A stretch of 64,000 bases of DNA from Pseudovirgaria hyperparasitica (Eukaryota): NCBI GenBank assembly GCA_010093815.1, contig ML996573.1. One strand, 5' to 3'. Made by a program: the position numbers and the translations under genes. How positions within the stretch are numbered: position 1 is the first letter of the stretch; the number at the start of each line of letters is the position of its first letter. The notes under the pieces were generated by a model. It saw only the letters and a list, made by a program, of their open reading frames with translations. It had not been told where the DNA came from and did not search any database. Shown one piece after another: positions 51,443 through 64,000 of this stretch.

Positions 51443-54400
51443 ATAATAATAATAATAATAATATTATATAACTAGGTAGAGTAGTACTCTATAGGCCTAT
51501 GCCTCCTCTAGTCTAAGCTACTATATAAGAAGAAACCCTATAGGGAAAAACTTCCTTATATCTATAACTATATCTCGTTAAACCTCTATTTCGTCTTAAG
51601 TATATAGCTATAGGGTACGCCTATTAGCCTATAGTCTATATTACTATTATTTTGCCCTTAGGTAGCACGTATAGGTGCGGAGGTTATTAGTTAAGGGCTG
51701 CCCTTAACTAATAATCGGGGTTCTCCCGGGGTTCTTCCGGTATATATCGGGTTACTACTAGCGTATACTAGGTCTCTTCCGGTATATATTTCTAGGTCTA
51801 CTAGTACTAGAGGAGTAGTAGATATATAAGTATCTATTAGGAGACGTCCTTAGGGTACTTATTAAGCTATTATATAATATCTAAAGTCTTCGTAACGTAG
51901 ATAAGCTATTACCGTTATATATAGAGGTTTAGATATATAGCTAGATAGTAGCGTATTATACCTCTCCGGCCGTACGCCTTATACTATAGGGAGATATTAG
52001 GAACGCCTCTCTTATAGATATAGTATAGGAGTTCTATAGCGCCTGTTCGGGCTTAGATAAGTATAGATACTTAGGCTTTCGTTAGCCCTTTATATATCTA
52101 TTTACTTGGTTCCTTCTATGGCCCTTAAATCTACTCTAGGTATCTATTCTACTAGGAGGTCTAGTAGGCACGGAGTACCTCTTTCTACTTATCTTAAGTC
52201 CACGACCGTATATTTTTTACGAGTTCTTAAAGGCTCTACTAGTCTAGGAGAGCGTCCGGGTTATCTCGGACTTCTTATACTACTTAGCTAGAGTCGGCTT
52301 CTATTAAGTACCTATACTATATTTAATTCCGGCCTATATATAGAAGTACGCGGTAATATATACTAATTTATATATATAGCGCGGCGAAAGTATATTCTAT
52401 ATTTTCTATACGTTTCTATACTTATTATTTAGTAAAGTATACTACTCTCTATATCTAGTAGAAGTTATATATACTTATAACGTCTATCTCGCGTTATAGT
52501 AGTACTATATTAGTAGCTTTATATACGCCTAATATAAGACGGAGTATACGGTTCTATATAGATTCGAGCTTTATTCGCCTAGTCTATATAAGGGCCGTAT
52601 ACTAGCACTCGTGTCTATACGTGAAGGCGGGTCGTACTATAGATATATATAGCTGGCGTGCCTTATCCCGGGCGGTTCTCTACGTAGAGACTATAATCTA
52701 TTATATAGTGGCTTCTACCTAGAGGGCCCTAGAGACGGCGTATACTACTTATGGTCTCTATTTAAGCTTACTATCTAGTATAACTCTAAGCACGCGCATG
52801 CTTTATACTAGTAGTTTATTAAATACGTCGATTCGGGGGCGTCGTTCGCCTTCTCTAGTTATCTATTTCCCTTAACGGTTAATGAAGTATATAAGCTAGT
52901 ATTTCTCCGGGGCGAACTTTACTCTATAGCGTTTTACCTACTAGAGGTACCTCTTATAGTTCTATTCTAGTTATCTATATATTCGGTTGGTATTATTATC
53001 GATAGCTAGGAGGTATATATTATTAGTATATCCGACTATCTCTATATACTTTATTTCTTAAAGAAGGTCTACCGTAAAGAAGAGGAATAGAATTAGAGAG
53101 ATGGTACTCTCTTATAGGATGCCGTATACCGTCTCTTTATATTCGCTCTAGTACCTAGAGATATATATCTAAGTTATTCTTCCTATAAGGAATAACTATA
53201 TAAAGCGTATAATCTATTCTAGTATTCGTCTTATCCGGAGGTTATAAATAAGTCTTATATGGTTTATCTTATTAAACGCTCCGGCCATATCGAGGGAGAG
53301 AAGTAATACTACCCGTCCCTATTTCTATATAGTCTAGACGACTTTAATAATATATTAGATAGCTATTATTAGGGAGCTATCTACCTTTACCTTCTAGTTC
53401 GGAGGGAGGAGATTATATTCCTATACCGTGGTGCTTATCTTCTTCGCTACCGTAGCCTCTAGTATCTTACCTAGGTAGGAGAGAAGGGCGATTAGTCTCT
53501 ATCCCTTTAGGGAGTTAGGGCTCTTTCCTAGTTTCGGGAGTATAATAGTATAGGCGACTCGGAAGCTCTAGGGGTGGTACCCCTACGTAACGCATGCTTA
53601 GAATATACAAGTAATAAGCGGTAGGGTTACTTTTATAGTACTTTTTAGGCATCGATTTAGAATTCCATCTAGTCCGGGTGCTTTATTATTTAGGAGTGTC
53701 TTAATAATATTAAGTATATCCTTCTCCGTAACTTCTTTAGGGATATCTACTACGTATAGGTATTCGGCGCCGTGAACGTCTAATAGGTCTACTAGTTCCG
53801 GGAGAGGGAATATAGCCTTCTATAGGGCCTTAGTTTTCTTAAGACTCGTGGAGTATATTCTCCCCTAATATATTAGGGGAGGTATAAGTGGCGGGGGTGT
53901 CGGAGTATCTACGCCCTTAGCCTATTTTACTATGCGCTATAGCCCTATTATATATCGTGTCTATTAACTAGTAATTATATACTACTATTTACGCCTTTCG
54001 TTACGGAGAACTTTATCGTGTTATTATATTACTTCCTTCTATTCTTTCTACGACTCGGGTGTTCTCGTATAGTATATACGTGTATATAGCCTTTAGGCGT
54101 CTTATCTACTTTCCTATACTTAAGGAATCCCCTTTACTTCCGGGGGCCGGTATATTTAGTATAGTACGTGTTTATTTCTCGTATTCTAGTATATTTATAG
54201 GAGTATCTATACGGCCTAGTCTATGGCTAGGTTATTAGATATATCGACTATAGAGAGATCTAGGATCGCCGATTCTAGGTCCTTTAGGTACTTTTCCTAG
54301 TTAGTATCCTTCTATATCTATCGTCCCCGTTATTTATTCGGGGTATATACGTTTATTACGGTTTCTATATATTTATAGTCGGAATCCGTCTATACCTGGC

Positions 54401-56727
54401 TTAGGCGGTAGTATTAGATCTAGTAACTAATATACTCCGTAGCGAAGGTAAGGTTAAGCGTAGACCCGTCTTTATCCTATTTATGTTTTTTCTATATAAC
54501 TTATCCTATAGATATAAGTAGATATAGAAAGTCGTGGTAGCGGGTACGTAGTTCCCTTACTCTAAGTTCTTCCCTTACTATGGCTAGGCCTCCCTACTAT
54601 TAGTAGTAGAGGTTAAAGTCTCCTAGGAGGATGTGTTACCCTAGTTCCGTAGTACCCTCGAGCATCTTGTCTAGTGTAAGTATACGTTATTAGTTATATA
54701 TATTATATATATATAGGGGGCCTATATCTATTTATAGGTGTAGTATTATCCTAAGGTTATCGCGCTCGGTATACGACTATAATAAGAGTAGTATTAACCT
54801 ATAAATATGGAAGAGGACTCGTCTTTCTAGTCCTAGAGGGTGTATAGTATGGTATCCGGGGTGTGTGGTTAGTTTACTCGTCTAGTAGTATTTATAGGGT
54901 TCCTAGATAGTAAGTATTATAGCCCCGGTCTCTTCGAGGAGCGTCGCCTAGTTCTCTCTTTTATATTATATGTTTATCTATATAATTTAGAGTATATTCT
55001 AGTCCCTTATTAGGTACTAGGGAGTATATATACCTATATACTTATTCCTTGGAGGCGCGACTATCCTTACGCGGTAGCGGCTTTAACTATGCCTTTTAGT
55101 CGTCCTATCGTCTTTAGGATAGTCTACTATCCCGCCTAACTACCTTCTAGAGGGGAGGTTAGGAGTATTATAAAGGAAGGGCCCGTAGTAGGTATTATAT
55201 TCTATAACTATCTTACGCCTCTCGCTTTTATCGTACGAATGTATTCTATAACCTATTTACGTTTTATATACGTTAACGACCACGACGGGTGTTTCCTATC
55301 ATAGTTTAAATACTATACTATATCCCTATTTCTTAGTCTATCTCCTTGCGGTTTATAAGGGTACTTCTAGGTGGCGTGGTCCCTACGGTACTATCCGCAC
55401 TTAGTCTTCTATAAGTACCTTTATATAGTATATCTATACCCTTAATAGTTAAAGCACTATATTATTACCTATGCCCTATTCTATAGCTCGGCTATAAGGA
55501 GCTCTCCTTCTACTAGGAATCCCTTCTATATAATATATTATACGAGGGCGGGGTCTTAGAGCTCTATAATTATAGTAGAGTGTTTTTTCGCCGTCATCTT
55601 AATCGTCTATAGGTTCTTCTACCACGCTTTTATAATCTTAATCCCTAGGTATTTTCGCGTGTTAGATTATTCTATGCGCGTAATATTCTCCGCTCCGATA
55701 GTCTATCCTAGTATAGGTACTATGTATACTATAATCGGGTATATAGCTACCCTAATAGACGCGCTAGGGAAGATACTACCTATCGCGTTCGGATCTCGCG
55801 AGATGTTTTACTACGTAGTATTTATTATAGTAGTAAGTACTACCCTATCTAGTGTAACTTTAGTAGCCACGACGCTTAACTATATTCCTTTCTATTTATT
55901 AATCTTATTTATAATTTCCTTTAGGGATGCCTGTTGGACCTACGCTAGCGTGTCCTTATCCTAGATTACGATATATATACTATATGCTCTATCTATAGTC
56001 CTAGTAGTCCTTAGTGTGGTAGCTCCGGGTATTACTATAATCTAAGCCTACGTGTTAGGGCGCTTATCTTAGAATAGCTCTTCCTAGATTCTCCGTAGGC
56101 TAGCTTCTATTTAGTTAAGTCTACTACTAGGTTCCTCTCGTAGTAACTTCCTTTCTTCCTCCGTAATTTCTCTTAGATTCTAGATAAGGTCCCGGAATAT
56201 ATAAAGGAGGGTCTTCTTTCCCTTCTCGGCGTCCCTCTCTATATGTATTACCTAGTATTTAATTTTATCTAGGAGGGTCTCCCCTCTCGGGGTCCCCTCG
56301 GTCTAGATTATCTATAGCGCTTTACACCCTTAGTTAGTACCTATATTTTAGATAGGTGTCTAGCTATCTATATTAATGTCGCTATATGGCCGTTTCTACC
56401 GTACTAGTGGGGGTATATCCGGCGTCTACTAGGGTATTACGATGCCTAAGGCCGCTATGGTTATTAGTTAAGGGTAGCCCTTAACTAATAAAAGGGGGTC
56501 GGCGTGTCGGCGTTTATTAGATGTAGTCTATACTCGTATTATCGAAGAGTCTTTAAGCGTATATATATAGTATCTCTATACGTCGGTATCGTCGTGTATT
56601 ATATACTATACGTACGTATATATGTCGGAGGTTGTTATACTCGGTGTACTCTATCGTTTAATGTATGTAAATCGCTGTTTTACCCCAAATTGACTAGTTT
56701 AGTCCGTTGGGGTGTAAGAAGTTTTTT
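51443..56727 (-). mobile_element. Full-length Tad-clade-like LINE, RIP-mutated (copy B)
   Basis: Reverse complement of 43311-48600, differing mainly by transitions; 15-bp TSD gtatatagaaatata (51428-51442, 56728-56742). Confidence 0.93.
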
Positions 56728-59700
56728 GTATATAGAAATATAGAGTACGTAATTAAGTATAATACTATAATAGAAGAGCTTAGTAATAATCTACTAAGTG
56801 AAACGTAATAAGTCTATATTATATATTAAGTTATTTACCGTGTACGCGTAATCTCTATTAATATTAGTATATATAATATATTAATAGCCGCGGATTCTAA
56901 ATATTTATTAAACGGTCTCTATAAGTAGTATATTAATATTATTTATTATATAGGGTAAGGTTATTAGCTCGTCTAAGTAAGTAATTAGTAATATAACGTT
57001 TATTATTCTAGGAACTAAGCGTTCTAACTTAGTAAGGTAAGTAGTTAGAAAACTATATTATATCTAGTACTTTATAAAGGAGATTCTCTAGTTCGCGGCC
57101 TATATATTAGTACTATTATACTAGTAGATATTAAGCTAGCGTAGGTTACTAACGTAAATAAATGTCGGTTACTATTCTATAGTAGTATAATTAATAATAA
57201 TCCTAAGTATATTACTTTTAAGGATATACGTAGCCTCTTCTATTATAACTAAAATTAGATATATATTATAGACTACCTTAGTAATATTTATAATATATAG
57301 GGTCCCTATATAAATCTAGGCGTAGATAGTAACTAGGTTCTAGGTAGTAAGGTATAGCTTATTCATTCTATTATACTTCTTCTTAGGCATGTTCTTATTA
57401 TAAGTATAATATTTATAGATAGTATATAATAGCTAAGCCGTTTCTTTCTCGAAATTCTTAGAGATCTATTTATATTAGTATTAAGATTTAATAAGTCTAA
57501 TAACCTTAAGTATAATATAACTAGTATATAGTTCCTATAGATAAGTATAGGGATCCGTACTATATTCTAATAGTTATTTACTATGGTCGGCCTAAGCTTA
57601 CATAAGGATAGTACTATCTATTATATTATTCTAGGTTAGTCTAATAAGAGGGTCGCTATAACGAGATAGTCTAGCTATAGTAAAGAAAATCTCTTAATTA
57701 ATAGCTTTAGAGTATCTTTAAAGAACGACCGGTATCTTTAGAGACTTATAGTAAGTAAATATATTACTTATATATTTATATACTTTTCTTATAGCATTAT
57801 TATAGGTTTTATTAGTTAGGCCGATAATAATATATATATATATTCTATATATTTAGATGGAACCTAGTATAGAGAGGTACGCTATTACATCGCTAGATAG
57901 AATAACTACCTTAGTAGTATAAGTAATAATGGAAGTACTATTTATTTTATTAATTAGAAGTATAGCTAGTAGTAGACGAAGCTATAAATGGCTCTTTCTA
58001 GCTCCTCTATAGCTATAAAGTAGAAACTAAGCCCTAAGTACGTCCGTTATCTATATATAGATATACTATTATTAGAGAGATAGTTCTAAATATATAATAT
58101 TCTAGAGATCGTAGAATCTTTTATAATCTTTAATATAGTAGTTATAGTTAACGGGTTAAAGATTTAGATAGTTATTACTAAGTATTAGATTCTATACGGA
58201 GGGTAGTAAAGGGGATAGAATACTAGAGTAGACTTTAGATAATATTAGGAGTATATATATATTAGTAATAGGGCTAGTAATAGAACCTTCGTCACTAATA
58301 ACATCATAACTATATTCTATATTCATATCCTTATTATTATCTAGGGATATAGATAATTTAGAAAGAGTAATAAGGGTATCCTAAGGCTCTATACTATAAT
58401 CTAGAATCTCGTTATTAGAGTTAGAGGACCTATATATTAGAGATATAGATACTAAGTCTATAATAATATTAAGGACTATTATATTAAACGTATTCTAAGC
58501 GACATAGTTATCTACGTCGCTATCTCTAGAAGCTTATATAGCGTGGTAGATTAGTTTCTAGTATATATTAATGTATTACTTAGTAAGCTTATCGTAGATT
58601 TATATACTAACTAAAGCCGGAATATCCGTGAACCCTATAAGCGTAGTAAGAAATAATCTAATTATACTTAAACTAGTATTACTAGTCTAAATAAAATATT
58701 TAGGACGAGCTTAAGTTATATTAGTAACTATATCTATTAATATAATTAGTATCTTAGGTACTTTAGAAGGACGTCTAACCTTATTAAAGACTTTTAGAGT
58801 AAGGCATTTAAATAGAAGGACGTCTAGGCGAAATTAAAGAACTTTAAAGCGGTACGTATTATTATTATAATCCTTTAAATCTACTTTAAGGTATCTATAA
58901 CTACCTAGTTCTATATAATAGAATCCTTTTATATTAATAGGATAGATAATAGCTAAGAGCGCCCGAGTAATATCTAAGAGCTAGATATATCTAATAGTAA
59001 TATCTTAGAATTAGAATAATAGAAGATCTATCTATTCGTCTTATAAGGTACTTATAGTAATATATATTAGATAGTTGAATTTCTTATTAAATAACTCGCG
59101 GTAGGGAATAGAGATCTAGAGCTAAGTGTCCGGCCTACTTATTATACTATATTATATATAGAGAGTAGTAACTTCTATATACCATGAATTAATTAGATTA
59201 CTCTCTAGTTTAAGCTTATTATCAAAGCTAGTAAGATCTATAGAGTTACGTAGCGGTAGTAAGATATAAACTATAGTATAAGTATCTAGATCTTCGAAGA
59301 ATTACTTTACTTATTTATATATTATATTAGGTCTAATATATAATAGAATAGTAAAACCTATACTAAGAAGCTCGCTAGCTATAAGTTTAATAATCTAAAA
59401 GTCGTAAGGGTCTTTATAGAGGCCGGTATTAGTATATAGTATATTAGCTTTATCCGCTTCGCTTATAATAAGATTAGAAAGTTTAGAAAAATACTTAATA
59501 AAGTTATCTACTTACTTAACCTTAAAGATCTATACTATAGGATAGTCGGATAATAGAAGAATATTAGTATAATTAAAGCGGAGTAAGCTTATTAAGGATA
59601 CTAATTTCCCTTTATTAATCTATTAGAAGCGAGTACGTAACTTAATCTAAGAGTAGTACTTAGGGAATTTAAGGAATCTATATATATAACTAATTAACTC

Positions 59701-59994
59701 TTTAAAGCCGTGACCTTTACTATAAGCCTTAAATACTACTAGCTTAAGCTTAGCTTAAGTTTTCGCTTATTTCTACTTAAGTCTATCTATTTCTCTACTA
59801 ATACTATAGATATTCCTAAAGATTAACTATAGATTACTCTATATAAGAGAGATCTAATAGATAGTATAAGTAGAAACGGAAGCCTTACTACTTTAGACCT
59901 TCTTAAGTTTATATTTATCGTTAGAATAGTAGTTACTAGTAAGTATACTAAAGATAAGTGGTTTATTATTAGTTAAGATAGTAGTTATATTATA

Positions 59995-60240
59995 AGCTTC
60001 GACTTAAGCGTAAGACTTAGCTTAAATATAAGGATTAGCTTAAATATAAGGCTCGGCTTAAACGTAAGGATCGGCTTAAGTATAAGGCTCGACTTAAATA
60101 TAAGGCTTAGCTTAAATATAAGGCTTAGCTTAAACATAAGAATTAGCTTAAGCGTAAGGCTTAACTTAAACGTAAGGCTTAGCTTAAATATAAGGATCGA
60201 CTTAAACGTAAGACTCGGCTTAAACATAAGACTTAATTAT
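59995..60240 (-). repeat. 18-bp degenerate tandem repeat (~13 units), probably N-terminal coding repeat of the SF1 helicase relic
   Basis: gcttaaatataaggctta-type units; translates as (KPSLTF)-like hexapeptides in ORF 59985..60227. Confidence 0.8.
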
Positions 60241-60383
60241 ATTAAGCGTAGACTAGTCCTAAATATTACTAAATATAACGAGTTCTTAATCTATATTATA
60301 AACTATAAATATAACCTTATTAACTATTATATAGAATGGACCTTAAGAGTTAATAGAGTTAAGTTCGACGTAGTATTTATATA

Positions 60384-62160
60384 ATAATAATAATAATAAT
60401 ATTATATAACTAGGTAGAGTAGTACTCTACAGGCCTATGCCTCCTCTAGTCTAAGCCACTATATAAGAAGAAACCCCATAGGGAAAAACTTCCTTATATC
60501 TATAACTACATCTCGTTAAACCTCTATTTCGTCTTAAGTATATAGCTATAGAGTACGCCTATTAGCCTATAGCCTATATTACCGTTATTTTACCCTTAGG
60601 TAGCACGTATAGATACGGAGGTTATTAGTTAAGGGCTGCCCCCGACTAATAATTAGGGTTCTCCTAGGGTTCTTCCGGTATATATTAGATTACTACCGGC
60701 GTATACCGGGTCTCTTCTAGTATATATTTCCGGGTCTACTAGTACTAGAGGAGTAGTAGATATATAAGTATCTATCGGGAGACGTCCTTAGGGTACTTAT
60801 TAAGCTATTATATGATATCTAAAGTCTTTATAACGTGGATAAGCCATTGCCGTTATATATGGAGGTTAGGGTATATAGCTAGATAGTGGCGTATTATACC
60901 TCTCCGGCCGCACGCCTTATACTATAGGGAGGTGTCGGGAATACCTCTCTTATAGCCTCTAGTTCGAAGTCGGATAACTCCTATAGGTTCGACGTGCCCT
61001 ATACCATTAGGCTCTACTCCTATTTTCGCCTTATCTTATCCCCTTTAGGCTTATACCTCCGGCTCTACTAGAAGAGGGGTACGACGCCTTATCTAGCTAG
61101 GAAACTACGAGGTTTACTCCTTAAACTTATATTACTAGCGTATATACCTAGCGACACGTTCTATCTCTTTATAAATTAACACGTGTATCCGTTCTCTCGG
61201 GCTATATAGTAGTCTCTCTAGCTAGGACGTGATCCCGCCTACTTCTAGGTATACTAAAGGTTAGAGCCTATTAAAGGGGTAAGGTTCTTAGAGCTAGTAG
61301 TTACTACTATATACCACGCCCCGCCTTTAAGTATAGCTACTATCTAGTTTCGCGTTATCTATAAGGATCTCTCTATAATAGGCCGACCGTGTCTTATAGA
61401 CGAGCATCCTTTAAATCCTATACGTATATACTTGCGTGACGCGCCTAGGCGACTTAAGTATTCTCTACCTACTAACCCGACTTATTTCTACTACTTTTTA
61501 ATAGGTCTCTATAGCCGCCTCTTATCTATATCCGTGTACTATTATCTATATATACTAGCGCCCTACCTCCTATGGTAGACTATAATATCTCTTATACGCG
61601 GGAGCCACTCTATCTATCCTAGACCTAAGCGGTATCCCGTATCGAGCGAAAGGTCTTAATAGAGTCGCGCTACTAGTAGTCGCGCTAGGCGTCTTAATAA
61701 ACGTAGTTTAATACTATAGGAGAGTTAGCCTTAATAAGTTCATCCGTAGTAGTTTATAGTTGCCCTTAACGTGATTTCTCGCTAATCCTTACGTACCTAG
61801 AGCCATTTAAGCCTCGAGGTGTCCTATTGCGCTACTAGGACTTCCGCTTTCTCTACCCACATGGTAAGGTAGATTTAGGCCTACTTTTAATATAGTAGTA
61901 GCGTGTTAGGTGGTTTTCTTATCCCGGTATCCTCGTGGACTCCTCTTAACACGTTAATTAAGAATAGGATAGAAGTGTATACTATCCTAGCTGGTTTATT
62001 ACGGTGTGGTCCCTGTAGAGTAACGCGTCGCGAAAACTCTATAACTATCTACCTAGCGACGACGAGGTCGCTATTAACGCCGCTCCGAACCTCTTACTAC
62101 CTCTAAAGAGGCATTGCCTAGCTACGACAACGTGGACGCGGTTCGTAAGACTTCGCAGCC
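60384..62160 (-). mobile_element. Chimeric non-autonomous retroposon copy 2: 1207-bp module (60954-62160) + ~0.57-kb LINE 3' end
   Basis: 14-bp TSD gtagtatttatata (60370-60383, 62161-62174); (TAT)n tail; same module termini as copy 1. Confidence 0.88.
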
Positions 62161-62199
62161 GTAGTATTTATATATAGTTATAATTAATATAGAATAAAG

Positions 62200-63200
62200 T
62201 ATAGAAGGTAAGATTTAGATTTAAAAACTAAGATAAGTAGAGGAAAGGTTTATAGAAGTTTTCTTTTATAATATAGAGATAACTAAAGGAAGCTAAGATT
62301 AATATAGGCTAAAGTAATAGTAGCTTAAGTAGTATATAAAGTAGGGTAGTATACTACTATTATATAAGTCTAGTAGCTTGCTAACTAAGTATATAGTATA
62401 TTATAGAAGGCTATTAAATCGGGACTTAGATAAATATAGATATAAGTAAATAGTATTATATAAAAGTTTAGCCGTCCGATATACTAACGCTATAGATACC
62501 GAGTCTATCTTCTAAATTCTATAGTAACTATCTCTTCTAGATAGTAAGATATTACTAGCTATATCTTACCTATTCTATTTATAGTAGAGATACTATATAT
62601 CTATTAGTATACTAGCGTATGTATCTAACTACTACTTAAATATAACTTACTTTATACTATAATATGTACTATCGAGCTAATATTATACTAATATTTATAG
62701 GTTCGTGTCTATAAACTTCTCTTCTATAATATTAAAACTAGTAATATTATCTAGTAATAGGACTATATAAGAAGGAGGCGGACTTAGTATATCTAGTTAT
62801 ATATAGACTTCTACTATTATCTTAATAACTACTACGCCGGTAGACGCTTCCTCCCTAGCTCTAAATAGTATATAATATTAGACTTTTATATGTTTACTTA
62901 AACTCTTAAGTGTACTAGTATTATATATTAATTTATAAGGCGATTAGATTATAATCGCTAGTATATTAATATTAACGGATAGAGTAGACGGGATAGTAGC
63001 GCTCGACTCTTCTAATATAATATTAGCTAGCTAATAATATAATAGATAAATATACTAGTCGCGTCGTTATTAACGTCTATTATTTAAGTAGATAAAGTAT
63101 TAACTACGTCTATATTAAGTAGACTAGGGCGTACCTATATACTATTAATAAAAGACCTAAATCTAGTAAGATATCTACTATATATATAACTCTATATATA
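62200..63200 (-). pseudogene. Degenerate intron-containing unknown gene of unit D
   Basis: Minus frame ~63000-62651 with only RIP-type stops, ending at a GTAAGT donor (~62650). Confidence 0.35.
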
Positions 63201-64000
63201 ACCGATAACTAAAAACCTAAGATATATAAATAGTATTAGATCTACGGAAGAGCGACGGTATTATACCGGTATATACTAGATATACTAGTATATATTAGTA
63301 TATACCGCTTAGTAGTTATAATATATTAATATATACTAATATCTATTAGTATATATATATCTTAAGCTTATCTACGCGCGCTAGACGGAGGAATTCTACT
63401 ACTATACTTATAGCGCGACATTTCTATATAGTTAGATTATAGTTAATATATTATAGTAGACTTCTAAATATACCGTTTATATCGCCTACACGGAAAACCA
63501 CCTAATCTAGTCCTAAGTCTAGTACCTATTTAATAGCCTACTATAATAAATTACTAGCTAGAGCCATAGAAGAATACATAGACTCTAGTATAAGTAGTAT
63601 AAGAAATAGTATAATACGTAGAAGAGGTGCCTATAATACGATAGATAACCTTAGATAATAACCTAAGGCCGAGATAGACATCTATAGAGAGAGCTAATTA
63701 TAGATACTTAGAATAGATATTCTAAGTAGTCTACCTAGTAATTAGAAATAGAATATTAGTATTCTAAGTAACGTACTAAATACTTAGAATAAGTATTCTA
63801 ATTAGAGGACCTTAGTAGAACTATATAGACTCTTTAGACCTAACCTCTAGAGATAGTTCTATGATAATTAATTTAAACTTATACTAATATAATTACTACT
63901 TTACTCGTCTACTAGCTAGTTACTATTTATACTCTATTAATACTTACTATAAACCTACTTATATCTCTCGGAGCCTTCTAAGTATCTTTATCTTTAGAAA

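Larger units (their letters stand above)
50950..60300 (-). pseudogene. RIP-inactivated Upf1/DNA2/NAM7-like SF1 helicase, split by LINE copy B
   Basis: One minus frame: Walker A LYSYRGARKS (de-RIP GCGGAGKS, ~57991-58020), Ia IIIGPTN (~57810-57830), Walker B VIIEEAT (~57230-57250), de-RIP VGDPRQL (~57135-57153) and SFMER; beyond the LINE de-RIP DGSQG..VLIDPVR..GFL..NR..VAITRAK (~51185-51300). Confidence 0.85.
38455..64000. mobile_element. Large RIPed multi-gene unit 'D' (segments 38455-43310, 48615-51442, 56743-60383, 62175-end); candidate giant transposon
   Basis: Segments rejoin exactly at the TSDs of three later insertions; starts with repeat arrays; carries SNF2 and SF1 helicase relics and other degenerate genes; no transposase seen in window. 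Confidence 0.55.

Noticed and set aside
38455..64000. Calling unit D a Starship or Helitron
   Set aside because: No tyrosine-recombinase captain, HUH Rep or Pif1 motifs were recognisable in the window; class left open

Overview
Eukaryotic DNA from a filamentous ascomycete (short GT..CTRAY..YAG introns, fungal housekeeping genes, strong repeat-induced point mutation, RIP). 1-~23 kb is a roughly GC-balanced gene region: tannase/feruloyl esterase, MOSC protein, PDK1/Ksg1 kinase, SWI/SNF-RSC subunit Ssr3/BAF60, amidohydrolase, KTI12, DUF3431, APH-type kinase and hypotheticals, with two small AT-rich RIP islands. ~23-64 kb is an AT-rich, RIP-mutated nest of mobile DNA that can still be read by reversing C>T/G>A changes by eye. 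It holds a Ty3/Gypsy relic split by a complete chromodomain Gypsy (228-bp LTRs, CTTCT TSD), two full-length Tad-like LINEs plus an older copy, two chimeric 'constant 1.2-kb module + variable LINE 3-prime end' retroposons, and a >=13-kb multi-gene unit encoding both a SNF2 and a Upf1-like helicase. Best leads: the two-helicase giant element, the MINE-like chimeras, an antisense multi-exon Cys-rich gene inside the Gypsy, and a 31-bp palindrome bracketing the LINE coding region. All 'de-RIP' translations are manual inferences.
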